From contig CAYSWC010000001.1 in the NCBI GenBank assembly GCA_964434715.1, positions 35,037 through 99,036 of the forward strand: 64,000 bases of DNA, written 5' to 3'. The notes beneath the pieces are model-generated. The model did not search any database, had not been told where the DNA came from, and was given only the letters and a program-made list of their open reading frames with translations. Numbering within the stretch: position 1 is the first letter of the stretch; the number at the start of each line of letters is the position of its first letter. This stretch comes from an uncultured Candidatus Saccharibacteria bacterium. GTDB lineage: Bacteria; Patescibacteriota; Minisyncoccia; UBA6257; 1-14-0-10-40-38. The translations under genes were made by a program, and so were the position numbers. This document shows positions 37,078 to 47,685 of this stretch, piece by piece.

Positions 37078-37152
37078 AGAGCACCTCCTGTGGTTTGTTT
37101 ATGCCTAACATAGCTTATATTATAATTGATTTTCTGTCAAGGGGCGTTGGTC

Positions 37153-38127
37153 TCATTGAGACTGTCCCTGTAAAAAATGTTTCCTGACTAAATCAGCGAT
37201 AAAATCTTCAGTAATAGCCATGGCTTCATAAGTGGCGCCGCCGAGATGGGGAACAATGATAAGATTGTTGCTTTGCCTCGCGTATGCTATCAAGGGATTA
37301 TTCTTAAGATGACTGCCGTCGCCGGCCTCATTCCATAAAACGTCCAAGGCAACGCCGGCAAGCCATTTCTTCTTTAAGGCCTTGAGGAGCGCTTGCTCGT
37401 CAATAATTTCTCCCCGAGCAGTATTGATTAAATGAGCAGTGGGTTTCATCAGCCGAAGATGTTTTTCCCTTACCAGGTTGGTAGTCTCCGGAGTTAAGGA
37501 AGTATGGATAGAAACAATGTCGGACTTTTTAAATAAATCCTCCATACTCACCCGATGCACCCCATAGCGCTCAAAGACTTTCGGTGCCAAGTGCGGATCG
37601 CAGGCGATGACCGGCATTCCAAACGCCTTAGCATACCTCGTAACAATCTTCCCCAGCCGGCCAAAACCTAAAATACCCAAGGTTTTGCCAAGCAGTTGGT
37701 TGCCTTTAAAAAGGTTCCGGTCCCAACCGCCAGAGAGAACATGGTCAAAAGCCCAGGGCAGTTTTCGCATCGAGGCCAAGAGGAGCGTCATTGTTTTCTC
37801 GGCCGTTGAGGGAATATATTTTAAGAAACTGGTCCGGCCGCGAAGACTGATTACTTTAATGCCTCGCTTTTTTGCCTCTGCCACGTCCACGTGATTCAAA
37901 CCGGTAGTCGGCGTGGCAATAACTTTCAGATTAGGCATTTTCTCCAGCCATAATTTGTCTATCTTATAAGCCAAACGCAGTACTATCACGTTTGCCGCTC
38001 GCAGTATTCCCTCGCGTTCGGTTGTCTTTAATTCAGGCCAAAGATAAACTTTGCCCAGCGAACGATAAGTATCGAGAGCTCTTAGGGAATAATCTTGGGG
38101 TTCAGTAATTAAAGTGATTAACTTCAT
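37153..38127 (-). CDS. D-isomer-specific 2-hydroxyacid dehydrogenase family protein
   Basis: 324 aa with an NAD-binding GILGFGRLGKIV motif and the catalytic R/E/H pattern of the family. Confidence 0.8.
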   Translation of the reverse strand: MKLITLITEPQDYSLRALDTYRSLGKVYLWPELKTTEREGILRAANVIVLRLAYKIDKLWLEKMPNLKVIATPTTGLNHVDVAEAKKRGIKVISLRGRTSFLKYIPSTAEKTMTLLLASMRKLPWAFDHVLSGGWDRNLFKGNQLLGKTLGILGFGRLGKIVTRYAKAFGMPVIACDPHLAPKVFERYGVHRVSMEDLFKKSDIVSIHTSLTPETTNLVREKHLRLMKPTAHLINTARGEIIDEQALLKALKKKWLAGVALDVLWNEAGDGSHLKNNPLIAYARQSNNLIIVPHLGGATYEAMAITEDFIADLVRKHFLQGQSQ

Positions 38128-38861
38128 GTTGAATTTCTGCCTTCGGCGCCCAAGCGCTTTAAGGCTTTTTCTGCCGCTTGCCAGTCTTCGGGATAATCTA
38201 TATCAACTACATATTTCAAATCCATAACATAGGGTGCGGTAGTTTCTCCGTAAAAGTTTGGTTTTTCTGGGTGGAAAAGCAGATCGGTTCTGAATAAATA
38301 GATGGATCCGATACTCCAATAAGTCTTGCCCAGATCCTGCTTGCGCGGAACACGCTTATAGATAGGGCTGCCGTTCATCAGTCTCAATATTCCGTCCTCG
38401 GTTGTCATCATCGCTTTATGAGGACTGAAATGATCTGGAATTTCTGCTACGCTTAAAACCGAATCGGCGCCGGTTTTTAAGATGAGTTCTACCGCTTCTT
38501 TGATATGAAACGGCTGACGCAGCGGCGAAGTCGGCTGGAGAATCATTACATAATCTGGTTCGTAACCTTCATTATCTTTTAGCCATTTGACTGCGTGCTG
38601 CATTACTGGAAGATGCGCGGTCTTATCCTCGGCCAGTTCCTGCGGTCTCATAAAAGGAATTTCGCAGTCATATTTTTTTGCCACTTCGGCAATAGCCTCG
38701 TCGTCAGTCGATAAAATCAAGCGGTCAAGCGCGCCGGATTTTTGGGCCGCCTCAATGCTATAAGCTATCAAAGGCTTACTAAGTAACGGCTTGATATTTT
38801 TGCCCGGGATGCCTTTAGAGCCGCCCCGGGCGGTAATGACTCCTAGAATTTTAGACATCAT
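38124..38861 (-). CDS. neuA: acylneuraminate (nonulosonate) cytidylyltransferase
   Basis: 245 aa with ARGGSKGIPGKN and a CMP-NeuAc synthetase family pattern. Confidence 0.85.
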   Translation of the reverse strand: MMSKILGVITARGGSKGIPGKNIKPLLSKPLIAYSIEAAQKSGALDRLILSTDDEAIAEVAKKYDCEIPFMRPQELAEDKTAHLPVMQHAVKWLKDNEGYEPDYVMILQPTSPLRQPFHIKEAVELILKTGADSVLSVAEIPDHFSPHKAMMTTEDGILRLMNGSPIYKRVPRKQDLGKTYWSIGSIYLFRTDLLFHPEKPNFYGETTAPYVMDLKYVVDIDYPEDWQAAEKALKRLGAEGRNST

Positions 38862-40014
38862 AAAACTTTTTTTGGGAATAAAGTTTAACCTTACTTAAAA
38901 CCTCAACGATTTTTTTGCTGGTATTGGGTTTAAAGTAAATATCAGAGCTCGGATAGGAACCGTGAGCTAACTGCTGTTCTATGGCTTTTTTTATATTCGC
39001 CGGTTTGTAAACAACGTCCATGACGTTCGGGCCGCGCAGACGATGCTGTTGGCGAGTGCCGACATTAACAACCGGCACGCCTAAATAAGAACATTCTTTG
39101 ACGCCGGTTGAAGAATTACCCACCAGCACACGGGCACGCCTTAAAAGGGCGATAAAATCTTCCGGCAATATGTCGGTTACAAAATGAATCTTATTATTTC
39201 GGAGTTTTCCGTGTTCGCGGTAAATTCTAATCGCTTTAGCAATCTCATTAGTACCAGCATCGCTATTAGGCCAAAACCAGACAGTGGGCGTATTGAATTC
39301 GTCAATCACCTGAAGCAACGATTCCGCATAACGTCTGTTATTTTTCTCGGTGGTTACCGGATGGAGCATGACCATTAAAAATGGCTTACCCACATCAATG
39401 CGCATGCCCAAACCGGCGGCATTCACCGCGCTGCCATCAAGATTTTTGGGGACTAATGCCGTGAATTCGACGTCCGGCGATCCGACATTAAAAACTAATC
39501 TGGGATTCTCCCCCATCTGAATCACGCGGCGCCGGGAATCCGCATTGGTAACAAAGTGAATATGAGCGAGCTTGGTGATGGCATGACGCACGGACTCGTC
39601 AATGGTGCCGGAAAGATCTCCTCCTTCAATATGAGCAATGGTCTTATTTAAAAAGGCGGCTACCATGGCAATGGCTAGCTGTTCAGAACGATCGCCGCGA
39701 ATGATGACAATATCAGGGTTTAACTTGTATAAAGTATTGGCGAATTCAAGGGCGGTCAGTCCCGCGGTCTTGGCCATGGTCACATGATTGCCACCATCAA
39801 TGACATTAAATAATGTTTCATGAATCGGCAGACCCGATTCCTGCATGGCTCGTAAAAACCGCTCGCCGTATTTCTCTAAGAGGACCGAGCCACCGGTTAC
39901 GAGCTGGAGTTCAAGCCGAGGATGCCGATGGATTAAATTTAAGAGGTGTTTCTGGCGCGCGTAATGAATGCGGCTGGTAATCGGAAAACAAATTTTGCGC
40001 TTGATGATACTCAT
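38851..40014 (-). CDS. neuC: UDP-N-acetylglucosamine 2-epimerase (hydrolysing), NeuC-type
   Basis: 387 aa with VTGGSV, GGDLSGTIDESVRHAITKLAHIHF and the typical NeuC/LegG motifs. Confidence 0.8.
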   Translation of the reverse strand: MSIIKRKICFPITSRIHYARQKHLLNLIHRHPRLELQLVTGGSVLLEKYGERFLRAMQESGLPIHETLFNVIDGGNHVTMAKTAGLTALEFANTLYKLNPDIVIIRGDRSEQLAIAMVAAFLNKTIAHIEGGDLSGTIDESVRHAITKLAHIHFVTNADSRRRVIQMGENPRLVFNVGSPDVEFTALVPKNLDGSAVNAAGLGMRIDVGKPFLMVMLHPVTTEKNNRRYAESLLQVIDEFNTPTVWFWPNSDAGTNEIAKAIRIYREHGKLRNNKIHFVTDILPEDFIALLRRARVLVGNSSTGVKECSYLGVPVVNVGTRQQHRLRGPNVMDVVYKPANIKKAIEQQLAHGSYPSSDIYFKPNTSKKIVEVLSKVKLYSQKKFYDV

Positions 40015-40088
40015 ATAAATCTTTTCCTTAAATATCTGATCAAAGGATTATAACCCGCGAATCACCGCTCTGGTTTTAGAATTCGCCA

Positions 40089-40535
40089 TTATTTAAACAA
40101 ATTAATCCGATAAAAATTGGTTGGCCGATTATTAAAACCTAACGCCTCGTAAAGCTTCATGGCCTCTAGGCGCTTGGAATTAGTCCGCAAACTTAGATGA
40201 CGCGCCTTTCTTACCGTGGCGAGTTTGATAACTTTCTCCATAAGCAGCCGTCCGATGCCGAAATAGCGATAAGGTTTATCCACGATCAAATCTTCTACCA
40301 CCGCATGAAGGCCGCTCGGCAGACCCACAAAGTATAAGCTCACCATACCAATGATTTTTTCGGACTCGCTCCGGGCGGTGAAAAGATAAAGGCCCGGCTG
40401 CGAGAGCATAAACTTAAACTTTTTAAGTGAGATTTTTTTAGGCCGCATCCTCGTTAGACTCATTTGAGACATTAAGTGATTGATTACTTGAAGCGCTTGG
40501 GGGTCAGCTTTTTTTAGGAGTTGAATTTTAATCAT
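40089..40535 (-). CDS. GNAT-family N-acetyltransferase
   Basis: 148 aa with a GNAT acetyl-CoA motif (VDKPYRYFGIGRLLMEKV). Confidence 0.7.
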   Translation of the reverse strand: MIKIQLLKKADPQALQVINHLMSQMSLTRMRPKKISLKKFKFMLSQPGLYLFTARSESEKIIGMVSLYFVGLPSGLHAVVEDLIVDKPYRYFGIGRLLMEKVIKLATVRKARHLSLRTNSKRLEAMKLYEALGFNNRPTNFYRINLFK

Positions 40536-40566
40536 AATCAGAGAATTTTATTAGCTTTTCATTAAA

Positions 40567-41475
40567 TTATACGACTAAATCCGCGGTATCGTAACGCGGT
40601 ACAACCCAGGGTTCGTCTTGGGCGCGCACCCCGCGCCTTTCTATAGTCAAAGCGTAGCGAAAACCAGCCTCTTTAACTGCTTTTATGGCGGCCTTGCCGT
40701 AACGTCCATGGGGGTAAGAAAAAACTGTCGGCGCTTCACCCAGAAAATCGGTAAGAATTTGTTTAGAGAGTTCAATGTCCTTTTTTAATAAAACTTCATC
40801 GTCTATCGACATCGCATAGTGACCGTGGGAATGGGATCCAACCGTCATTCCAGTTGCCTTCAAATTTTTGATTTCTTCCACACCCATAAATAACTCTCGG
40901 CTTATCTTTTTCTCGTTCAAACCGTTAACCTTAAAACAATGTCTTAAAAATCGGCCGCGGATATCCTCCGGCAGGACAATGAGCGTTTCTTTAAAATTAG
41001 CCGTGGAAATATCTTCGTGTAGTCTCCTGTCAGTTAAACGCTTATCTTTGGGTATACTATATTGGATTTGCAGGTCGGGATAAAATTCCGACATGAATTT
41101 GTGGAAGAAATCAATCATTTCCTCGACGGAAAATCTGGAAAGCAGGACGTGGACCTTGTGAGCCGACGGCAGACGACCTTCTAAAACTGAAGTTATGGGG
41201 AAGAACGCCGCTGTGACTGAATGCTCCTTTAAAATCGGCAAAGCATTTTGATATTGATCTTTCAAGCCGTCGTCAAAAGTAATAGCGCAGAGTCGCGCAT
41301 CTTTATCAGTTCTGGCAGATTCAAACACTTCCGGCACCGAAGCGATGCGGTAATGCTCTCGAAGGAACCGAACCTGTTTTTCAAAAGCCGCCGGCGGACA
41401 AGGGTGAATGCCGGTTTTTAGTTCTTCCACGTAGTGATAATTTACGATGACGTATTTGTCTCTTAGAGAAAACAT
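40567..41475 (-). CDS. polysaccharide deacetylase (NodB-homology domain)
   Basis: 302 aa with TFDDG and HSHGHY motifs. Confidence 0.75.
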   Translation of the reverse strand: MFSLRDKYVIVNYHYVEELKTGIHPCPPAAFEKQVRFLREHYRIASVPEVFESARTDKDARLCAITFDDGLKDQYQNALPILKEHSVTAAFFPITSVLEGRLPSAHKVHVLLSRFSVEEMIDFFHKFMSEFYPDLQIQYSIPKDKRLTDRRLHEDISTANFKETLIVLPEDIRGRFLRHCFKVNGLNEKKISRELFMGVEEIKNLKATGMTVGSHSHGHYAMSIDDEVLLKKDIELSKQILTDFLGEAPTVFSYPHGRYGKAAIKAVKEAGFRYALTIERRGVRAQDEPWVVPRYDTADLVV

Positions 41476-42845
41476 TGTTCTAGAAAATCAACGCTCCGTT
41501 GGTACGCTAAGCCGTCCGTGTAGCCGACGTAATCAACAACAATTTTTTTTCTGCCTTCACGGTCCAAAGCTGGATTCTTAAGATACATATTGATAAATCT
41601 GGTTAGCTCTTCGTCGGTTTTAGCCACCCGAACCGCGTGAGCCTCCACAATCGGCCGATAATGATCAAAGTCATAGGCCAGAGCAAAGCGATCTAAATAG
41701 CCGATATTAATAATGGGCTTGTCAAAGATACAGGCTTCAATAGAAATAGTTGAAGCATAGTTGATATTCAAATCAGTATACTTTAAGGAATATTTAAGAT
41801 TAAGCAAATCGGCATAAGTCATTTCAATTTCTCGATCGGGCGATTGAGTCGCCTTCTCGATGCAGCAATCCGGTACCCCAAAAAAATCGGCATAATTTTC
41901 ATAAATATCCAGCGGGTGGATCCGAATAAATAAATTGACGTAGGGAATCTGATTTGATCCTCTAAGCTTGATAAGGTCACGAATGTATTTTTTTTGAAAT
42001 GGGTAGGCCTTGGTAACGGTGGTGTGAAAAATAGTTTTGTATTTTGGATTCAGGCCCTTGAAGCGCAAAAATTCTTCGCGGCTGGGCTCCCGCCCGCCAA
42101 AAAAGCGGGCGAGGCTCGCCCCGACCGCGGTCGGGGCGGCATCTATATCAGTAAAATAAGGATCAAATCTGGGCGTGCCAGAGACAAAAACACGTTCCTC
42201 CCTAAATTTATGAATATTTATGGCCTCTTGTTTGATTATTCTATTCCAAGCAATAAAATAATCGGTTTTGCGAATATGTTTGACATTCATAGTCATATTA
42301 TCAAAAGTGGCATTGACCGCTATAGTAGGGAGTCCGGCTCTCTTAGCTAAAATAATAAACTCGGCTTCCAAGGGATTGAAGCCGGGAGTGGACGTGAGCA
42401 TAAGGAGCGGCTGGTAGCGTTTACAATAATCTAAAAATTTTGGAGCGCGGGGGAGGAGAAGATATTCCAAACGGGTAAAAAAATTAGCGGTTAAAATTTT
42501 AGCCAGGGGTTTACCCAAGAACCGCAGCAGTCTTCTTTTACGATTTTCGAGATAGTTGGGTCTCTGGTACCAGTATTTAATGGATTTGAGATAATCAAAC
42601 TCATTGACCAAGCTCACGCGCAAGGTTTTAAATAAGTTCCAGAAGCGGGGATTAGTTAAATCCCACTTCTCATAGATAACATTCGGAGACTTAAAATAAT
42701 TCTCTTTCACGGCTGTCTCTTCGCTAATAAAAGGCGTAAAAACCACCAGCCTGTATTTTTGCGATAAATATTCAATATATTTAGTGCGCAGGAGGTCAGA
42801 AATAAAAACTTGATTCGGGACGATTAAAAAAATAGTTTTAGCCAT
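41463..42845 (-). CDS. TagF-like CDP-alcohol (glycerol/ribitol-phosphate-type) phosphotransferase, GT-B fold
   Basis: 460 aa. Motif blocks (FHTTVTKAYPFQ, LFIRIHPLD, YASTISIEACIFDKPIINIGY) are as in Glyphos_transf. Paralogous to the 49664 and 51409 ORFs. Confidence 0.55.
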   Translation of the reverse strand: MAKTIFLIVPNQVFISDLLRTKYIEYLSQKYRLVVFTPFISEETAVKENYFKSPNVIYEKWDLTNPRFWNLFKTLRVSLVNEFDYLKSIKYWYQRPNYLENRKRRLLRFLGKPLAKILTANFFTRLEYLLLPRAPKFLDYCKRYQPLLMLTSTPGFNPLEAEFIILAKRAGLPTIAVNATFDNMTMNVKHIRKTDYFIAWNRIIKQEAINIHKFREERVFVSGTPRFDPYFTDIDAAPTAVGASLARFFGGREPSREEFLRFKGLNPKYKTIFHTTVTKAYPFQKKYIRDLIKLRGSNQIPYVNLFIRIHPLDIYENYADFFGVPDCCIEKATQSPDREIEMTYADLLNLKYSLKYTDLNINYASTISIEACIFDKPIINIGYLDRFALAYDFDHYRPIVEAHAVRVAKTDEELTRFINMYLKNPALDREGRKKIVVDYVGYTDGLAYQRSVDFLEQCFL

Positions 42846-42892
42846 TCCTTTTGGACTTCAAAAGATAAACGTAATGCCTAGTCAAATGTAAG

Positions 42893-43576
42893 TTAGGTGT
42901 GGGATTCATGATTCTTCTCCAACACAAAAAAATAATGATAGTAATTTAGGGGCGGACGCACTTCTTTGACTATCTTAAAATAACCAGAAAGTATCCGGCG
43001 GAGTTTCCGCAAGGAATACCGGCCGCCATCAATTTCCCACCAGTGTTGGCCAGAGGTTTCAAAGCCACCGAATTTAAGCGGAATCCTCAAAAAAATATCA
43101 AAAAAAGATTTTTTAGCCAATGATCTAACTAAAGGGAATTTAAAAATAAATTCAAAACCAGTTGAACGATAAGGAAGGGAGATAATCACATATTTTTGGC
43201 TCACGCGCTTAAGTTCCTTAAGAACCGTCTCTAATTCTTCAAAGGGCAGGTGTTCTAAAACTTCATAAGCTGTAATTAAATCAAAGGCATTGGCCTTAAA
43301 CGGTAATTTTCTAATATCGGCCAGTTGGTCCGGCTTAAGTTCCGGATCAATATCAACCGTAGTTATCTGATAATCCAGTTTTCTTAAGTAATCGGAAACT
43401 GTCCCGTTGCCTTTGCCTACCTCAAGAATTTTAAAATCCTCATTTTTCGTATTTTCGTATTCTTTCGTATTTCGTAGCTGATTAACTAAATCTATCTGAT
43501 AAAAGTAGGAAATAAATCTATTGAGGTCGTCGTATTTTTTTTTGAAATAATGTTCTTTGTTTACTTGGGGAATCAT
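42893..43576 (-). CDS. class I SAM-dependent methyltransferase
   Basis: 227 aa with motif I (ILEVGKGNGTVSDYL) and motif II (DLITAYEVLEHL). Confidence 0.7.
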   Translation of the reverse strand: MIPQVNKEHYFKKKYDDLNRFISYFYQIDLVNQLRNTKEYENTKNEDFKILEVGKGNGTVSDYLRKLDYQITTVDIDPELKPDQLADIRKLPFKANAFDLITAYEVLEHLPFEELETVLKELKRVSQKYVIISLPYRSTGFEFIFKFPLVRSLAKKSFFDIFLRIPLKFGGFETSGQHWWEIDGGRYSLRKLRRILSGYFKIVKEVRPPLNYYHYFFVLEKNHESHT

Positions 43577-43607
43577 TGTTCGGGTCGCGGTCCAACTCTC
43601 TAAGTTA

Positions 43608-43841
43608 TTAGCGAAAAACTCCGTAGGTTTTTAATAATTTACGGATATCCCCTGCCTTCTTTATTTTAGCCATAGCCTCGATTTTTAATTTAATGTGGTA
43701 ACTTTTTTCTAAAGCGTCAACGAGTTTGACGGCATTAAAAGAATCCCAACTCGCGAGAGTCTCGGGGCTGGTGGAGTCGGTAATATCTTTTGCCCTGACT
43801 CCAAATACGCGCGCTAAAATTTGTTCAAAAGGTGGTTTCAT
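43608..43841 (-). CDS. acyl/peptidyl carrier protein
   Basis: 77 aa with the phosphopantetheine attachment context (LASWDSFNAVKLVDALE). Confidence 0.7.
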   Translation of the reverse strand: MKPPFEQILARVFGVRAKDITDSTSPETLASWDSFNAVKLVDALEKSYHIKLKIEAMAKIKKAGDIRKLLKTYGVFR

Positions 43842-43843
43842 GG

Positions 43844-45538
43844 TTATTTCAATTTTAATTGTTCCGGATTCATTTCCGCATCCATGGTAGAGAGATCGCC
43901 GGCTTCCTGATTAAGTTCTTTGGCCCGCAGCACCCGACGCATTATTTTGCCGCTCCTAGTCTTGGGCAGTTTAGCCACGAATTCAATTTCGCGGGGCGCT
44001 TCGTGAACTGAAAATTGCCCCTGAACATGCTTGATAATTTCCGTTTTTAAGTCTTCGCTCGCCTCATATTCCGGCTTCAAGATGACAAAAGCCTTAACAA
44101 TACTGCCGTACAAATCGTGGGGCTTCCCGATAACACCCGCTTCGGCAACTGCCGGATGGGTGAGCAACGTGCTTTCTATTTCAAACGGACTGATCCTGCC
44201 CGCGGCGCTTTTGATCATATCATCCTCCCGTCCCTGGAACCAAAAATAGCCGTCGGCGTCTTGGTAGGCCGTATCGCCGGAAATATACCAACCTTTTTCG
44301 AAATAAGATTCAAATTTCTTCGGGTCTTTCCAAATTTCTTTCATCAGGCCCGGCCAAGGAATTTTAACAGCCAACCGGCCAACTGAACCGCGCGGTACCT
44401 CACGTCCCTGCTCGTCAATAATCGCGGCCCGGATGCCGGGAAGACATTTTCCCATTGACCCCTTGCGGATCGGGAGAGAGCGGTAGTTATTGATCAGCTG
44501 GTGGCCGTTCTCCGTCATATACCAAGAGTCGTGAATGGGAATGCCAAGATTTTCCATGGTCCAATCAATCAAGCTGGGATTAAGCGGCTCTCCGGCGCTA
44601 ACAATATGACGGAGATGGGGAAGATTTTTCCGATTAAGAGGAGCATTGTAATAACGGAGTAACCGGAAAGCCGTCGGCGTACTGTACCAAACGGTAATGC
44701 CGTTTTTTCTCATAAAATCAATCCAAGCAAGAGGATGAAAAGCCCCTTCATAGATGTGGACGGTAACCCCTAAAAGCAAAGGGGCAAAAAAATTGTAAAC
44801 CATGCCGGTCACCCAACCGGGATCGCCGCTATTCCAATATTTATCCTCCGGATGAAGATCTAAAACATACTTGGCTGTAACCAAATGGCCGATCATGGTG
44901 CGCCCCGCGAGCAGAATGCCTTTTGGCCTGGCAGTTGAGCCGGAGGTGTAATGAATAATAAAGGGCGTCTCCAAATCTCCGAAATAAATAGCGGCGGGAT
45001 CGGGGTCAAGGCTTAACGATTGATCAAGTTCTTCTTCTAAGAGTGTCACCTTCAAGGAAGGAATTTTTTTAAAGCTTACGTTGGGGAACAAATTTTTGGT
45101 TGTGAAAATCCAGCTGGCTTCACAATCTTTTAATCGATCTCTTACCGCGTCGGGGCCGAAAGCTTCAAAAATCGGCACGGCAATGGCCCCCGCTTTTATG
45201 GCTCCCAAGAGGGCCACGGCATAGGAAATGGAACGCGGCGCATAAAGCGCAAAACGTTCTCCCGGCTCTAGTCCCCGCGATTTTAAAAAAGCGGCTAGCC
45301 GGTCAGTTGCCTCGGCTAATTCGTGAAAAGTGATGCGCCGAGATCTACCGTCTGAACCGCAAGAAACAATGGCTGGATTTTGGCCGTACCGCCGAGCTTG
45401 AACATTGGTAACTTCATAAGCATAATTGACCCCTCCCGTTTTATGCCAAGAAAAATACTCGTGCCAATCAAGCCAGGAAAAATTTTTGCAGGTTTTTCCG
45501 TAATCCCTTAAATTAGGAAGCAATTTATCATTGCCCAT
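43844..45538 (-). CDS. AMP-dependent synthetase/ligase (acyl-CoA / carrier-protein ligase)
   Basis: 564 aa with the AMP-binding motif IIHYTSGSTARPKG and the C-terminal GKIMRR lysine. Confidence 0.8.
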   Translation of the reverse strand: MGNDKLLPNLRDYGKTCKNFSWLDWHEYFSWHKTGGVNYAYEVTNVQARRYGQNPAIVSCGSDGRSRRITFHELAEATDRLAAFLKSRGLEPGERFALYAPRSISYAVALLGAIKAGAIAVPIFEAFGPDAVRDRLKDCEASWIFTTKNLFPNVSFKKIPSLKVTLLEEELDQSLSLDPDPAAIYFGDLETPFIIHYTSGSTARPKGILLAGRTMIGHLVTAKYVLDLHPEDKYWNSGDPGWVTGMVYNFFAPLLLGVTVHIYEGAFHPLAWIDFMRKNGITVWYSTPTAFRLLRYYNAPLNRKNLPHLRHIVSAGEPLNPSLIDWTMENLGIPIHDSWYMTENGHQLINNYRSLPIRKGSMGKCLPGIRAAIIDEQGREVPRGSVGRLAVKIPWPGLMKEIWKDPKKFESYFEKGWYISGDTAYQDADGYFWFQGREDDMIKSAAGRISPFEIESTLLTHPAVAEAGVIGKPHDLYGSIVKAFVILKPEYEASEDLKTEIIKHVQGQFSVHEAPREIEFVAKLPKTRSGKIMRRVLRAKELNQEAGDLSTMDAEMNPEQLKLK

Positions 45539-45540
45539 AA

Positions 45541-46593
45541 CTAAATGATATTCAAAATCTTCTTAAATTCGTGAAAGGCTTCTAAATCAGATGCCGGCTG
45601 GGGCGGGCATTTCATCAAAAAAGGACAAACTTTCCCTGCGTCTCTTTGTCGGCCGCGGTCAACTAAAAATTTTGCCATGCGGATAGCATCTACCACCACA
45701 CCGGCGCCATTGATGCTGATTTCATCTTCAATAGTAGAAGTTATAGATATCGGAACGCGTCCAAATATCTCTCCCTCTATTTTAAGATTCACCTGTTTGT
45801 GACCAGATGGTTCTCCGGTATAAAAAAACTTTACCGTTGGCTCCGCATCTTCCTTTCCCAAAAAATGTTTTAAAGCCTCCCGCTTTGATTTTTCCTTTGA
45901 TTTAGAACGATATAATAGATTAAAATGGTCGGCATTGCCGCCTCGATTCTCCTGTTCGGATTTTACCACATTGATACCCCGCATTTTTACCAACTCCAAC
46001 AAAAAACGATTAAGCATAGTCGCTCCTAATTGGCTCTTGATGTCATCGCCGAGCAATACTAAGCCTTTAGCCATAAATCGTTCGCGCCATTGGGGGATGG
46101 TTGCTAAAGGAGTTGGTATGCAATTGACAAAACTGCAATCGGCCTTAAGCGCCGCTCGAGCATACATCTGGGTTGCCCGCTCGCTGCCGGTAGGCACTAA
46201 ATTGACAACCACTTCGGCTTCGGATTCTTTAAGAATTTTGGCAACGTCCACCGCTGGAGCCCGACTCTCTTTAATGAATGAATTTCTCATTTCATCGATA
46301 ACGCCGTCAAGCGTCGGCCCTCTTGCGACTACGACCTCGTAAGGAGGGGGGTCGCTTATTTTCATAGCCACATTCGAACCGGCGAAAATCGCCTCGTGTA
46401 ATTTCCTGCCCACTTTGCGCTCATCAACATCAAAAGCCGCAACAAAATTAATATCCTGAACGCGATAGTCTCCGATTAACGGATTTATTAAACCTCTCCG
46501 CTCATTGGGATTTTTAGTGTAAAAAGCAACTCCTTCTACCAATGCTTTGGCAAAGCTTCCTACGCCGACAATAGCCACATTAATCTTTTTCAT
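45541..46593 (-). CDS. myo-inositol-1-phosphate synthase family protein (short archaeal/bacterial type)
   Basis: 350 aa with an N-terminal NAD-binding domain (VAIVGVGSFA), the LLGDDIKSQLGATM motif and NRGGNADHFNLL. Confidence 0.75.
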   Translation of the reverse strand: MKKINVAIVGVGSFAKALVEGVAFYTKNPNERRGLINPLIGDYRVQDINFVAAFDVDERKVGRKLHEAIFAGSNVAMKISDPPPYEVVVARGPTLDGVIDEMRNSFIKESRAPAVDVAKILKESEAEVVVNLVPTGSERATQMYARAALKADCSFVNCIPTPLATIPQWRERFMAKGLVLLGDDIKSQLGATMLNRFLLELVKMRGINVVKSEQENRGGNADHFNLLYRSKSKEKSKREALKHFLGKEDAEPTVKFFYTGEPSGHKQVNLKIEGEIFGRVPISITSTIEDEISINGAGVVVDAIRMAKFLVDRGRQRDAGKVCPFLMKCPPQPASDLEAFHEFKKILNII

Positions 46594-46668
46594 AAAACCA
46601 GTTTATATTATTTATATAGAAACGGTCAAAAATTCAATTTTGTTTTAGACCCTTAATAAGCCCTAACC

Positions 46669-47685
46669 TTAAGAGGGGTGGAGTATGTTTTTAATGTCAC
46701 TGCTTACTTTTTCCATCAGCTTAGCGGGAATGGCCTGATGAATAGGGAGCCAGGCAACCTTGACGAACCCCGGATTTAAAAGATTCCGGTGTTCATCAAA
46801 ATGATAGATACCTGAATATATTCGCGAATCCCGGATAACTTGAACGAGGCGTGAAAGTTTATCCAGGGCGGCGCGAATAGGAACCACATAAGGAAGCGCG
46901 TCTTCGGGAAGTGAATCAATCCAAGGATCGCCCTTCAAGACCCGTTTTACAATACTATAGTTCTCTTGACGACGCTTAAGAGTATCAAGACCGCCGGCAA
47001 TAAGATTTTGTACAGTTCTCGTCATGGCAGTGTGGTATCCATATAGAGCATAAGATGTTTTTAACAATTCTTCCGCCAAAGGAGAACGGCGACTAGCTTC
47101 ATGAAAATACTTACTCCAGAAACAAAAAAGACCATAAAGCTTACGCAGGACCCGGAGGCGATCCAAGAAATAACCGCGCGCCTCCTGGTCTTGAGTAACA
47201 ATGGCGCCACCCATAAGCGAGGGCAGAAATTTGGAGAAACTGAATATTCCATAATCACCAATGGTGCCGACTCTAGAACCTTGATAGCTGGATTCAATCG
47301 CGTGGGCGCAGTCCTCAATAACAATCAGGTTACGCTGACGCGCCGTCTTAAGTATGGCGCCCATATCTTGCGGAAACCCATATTGGTGATACACCCAGAT
47401 CACCTTAGTCCGAGGGGTAAGAACCGAGTTGGGAAACGCATGAGCATGCATGGTTTTATAAACCCAGGCGCCCAGCCATTGGGGAACGAGTATTTCCTCC
47501 GTTCTAGAGGTCAGCCGGCCGCTATAACGCAACCATTCCAAAACAAGATGCATAGCGGCTTTTCCTGAAGAAGCTGGAATAACAAAATACCCCGGCTTCA
47601 CAGCAAAATCTAATGCTTGGCGCTTGGGCAGTAAAAAGTTATAGATAATACTCTTAAGAGACGGCTGTGGAACTTCGTAGAACAT
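46669..47685 (-). CDS. DegT/DnrJ/EryC1/StrS-family PLP-dependent aminotransferase-like protein
   Basis: 338 aa with IEDCAHA and the lysine context GDYGIFSFSKFLPSLMGGAIVT. Confidence 0.65.
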   Translation of the reverse strand: MFYEVPQPSLKSIIYNFLLPKRQALDFAVKPGYFVIPASSGKAAMHLVLEWLRYSGRLTSRTEEILVPQWLGAWVYKTMHAHAFPNSVLTPRTKVIWVYHQYGFPQDMGAILKTARQRNLIVIEDCAHAIESSYQGSRVGTIGDYGIFSFSKFLPSLMGGAIVTQDQEARGYFLDRLRVLRKLYGLFCFWSKYFHEASRRSPLAEELLKTSYALYGYHTAMTRTVQNLIAGGLDTLKRRQENYSIVKRVLKGDPWIDSLPEDALPYVVPIRAALDKLSRLVQVIRDSRIYSGIYHFDEHRNLLNPGFVKVAWLPIHQAIPAKLMEKVSSDIKNILHPS

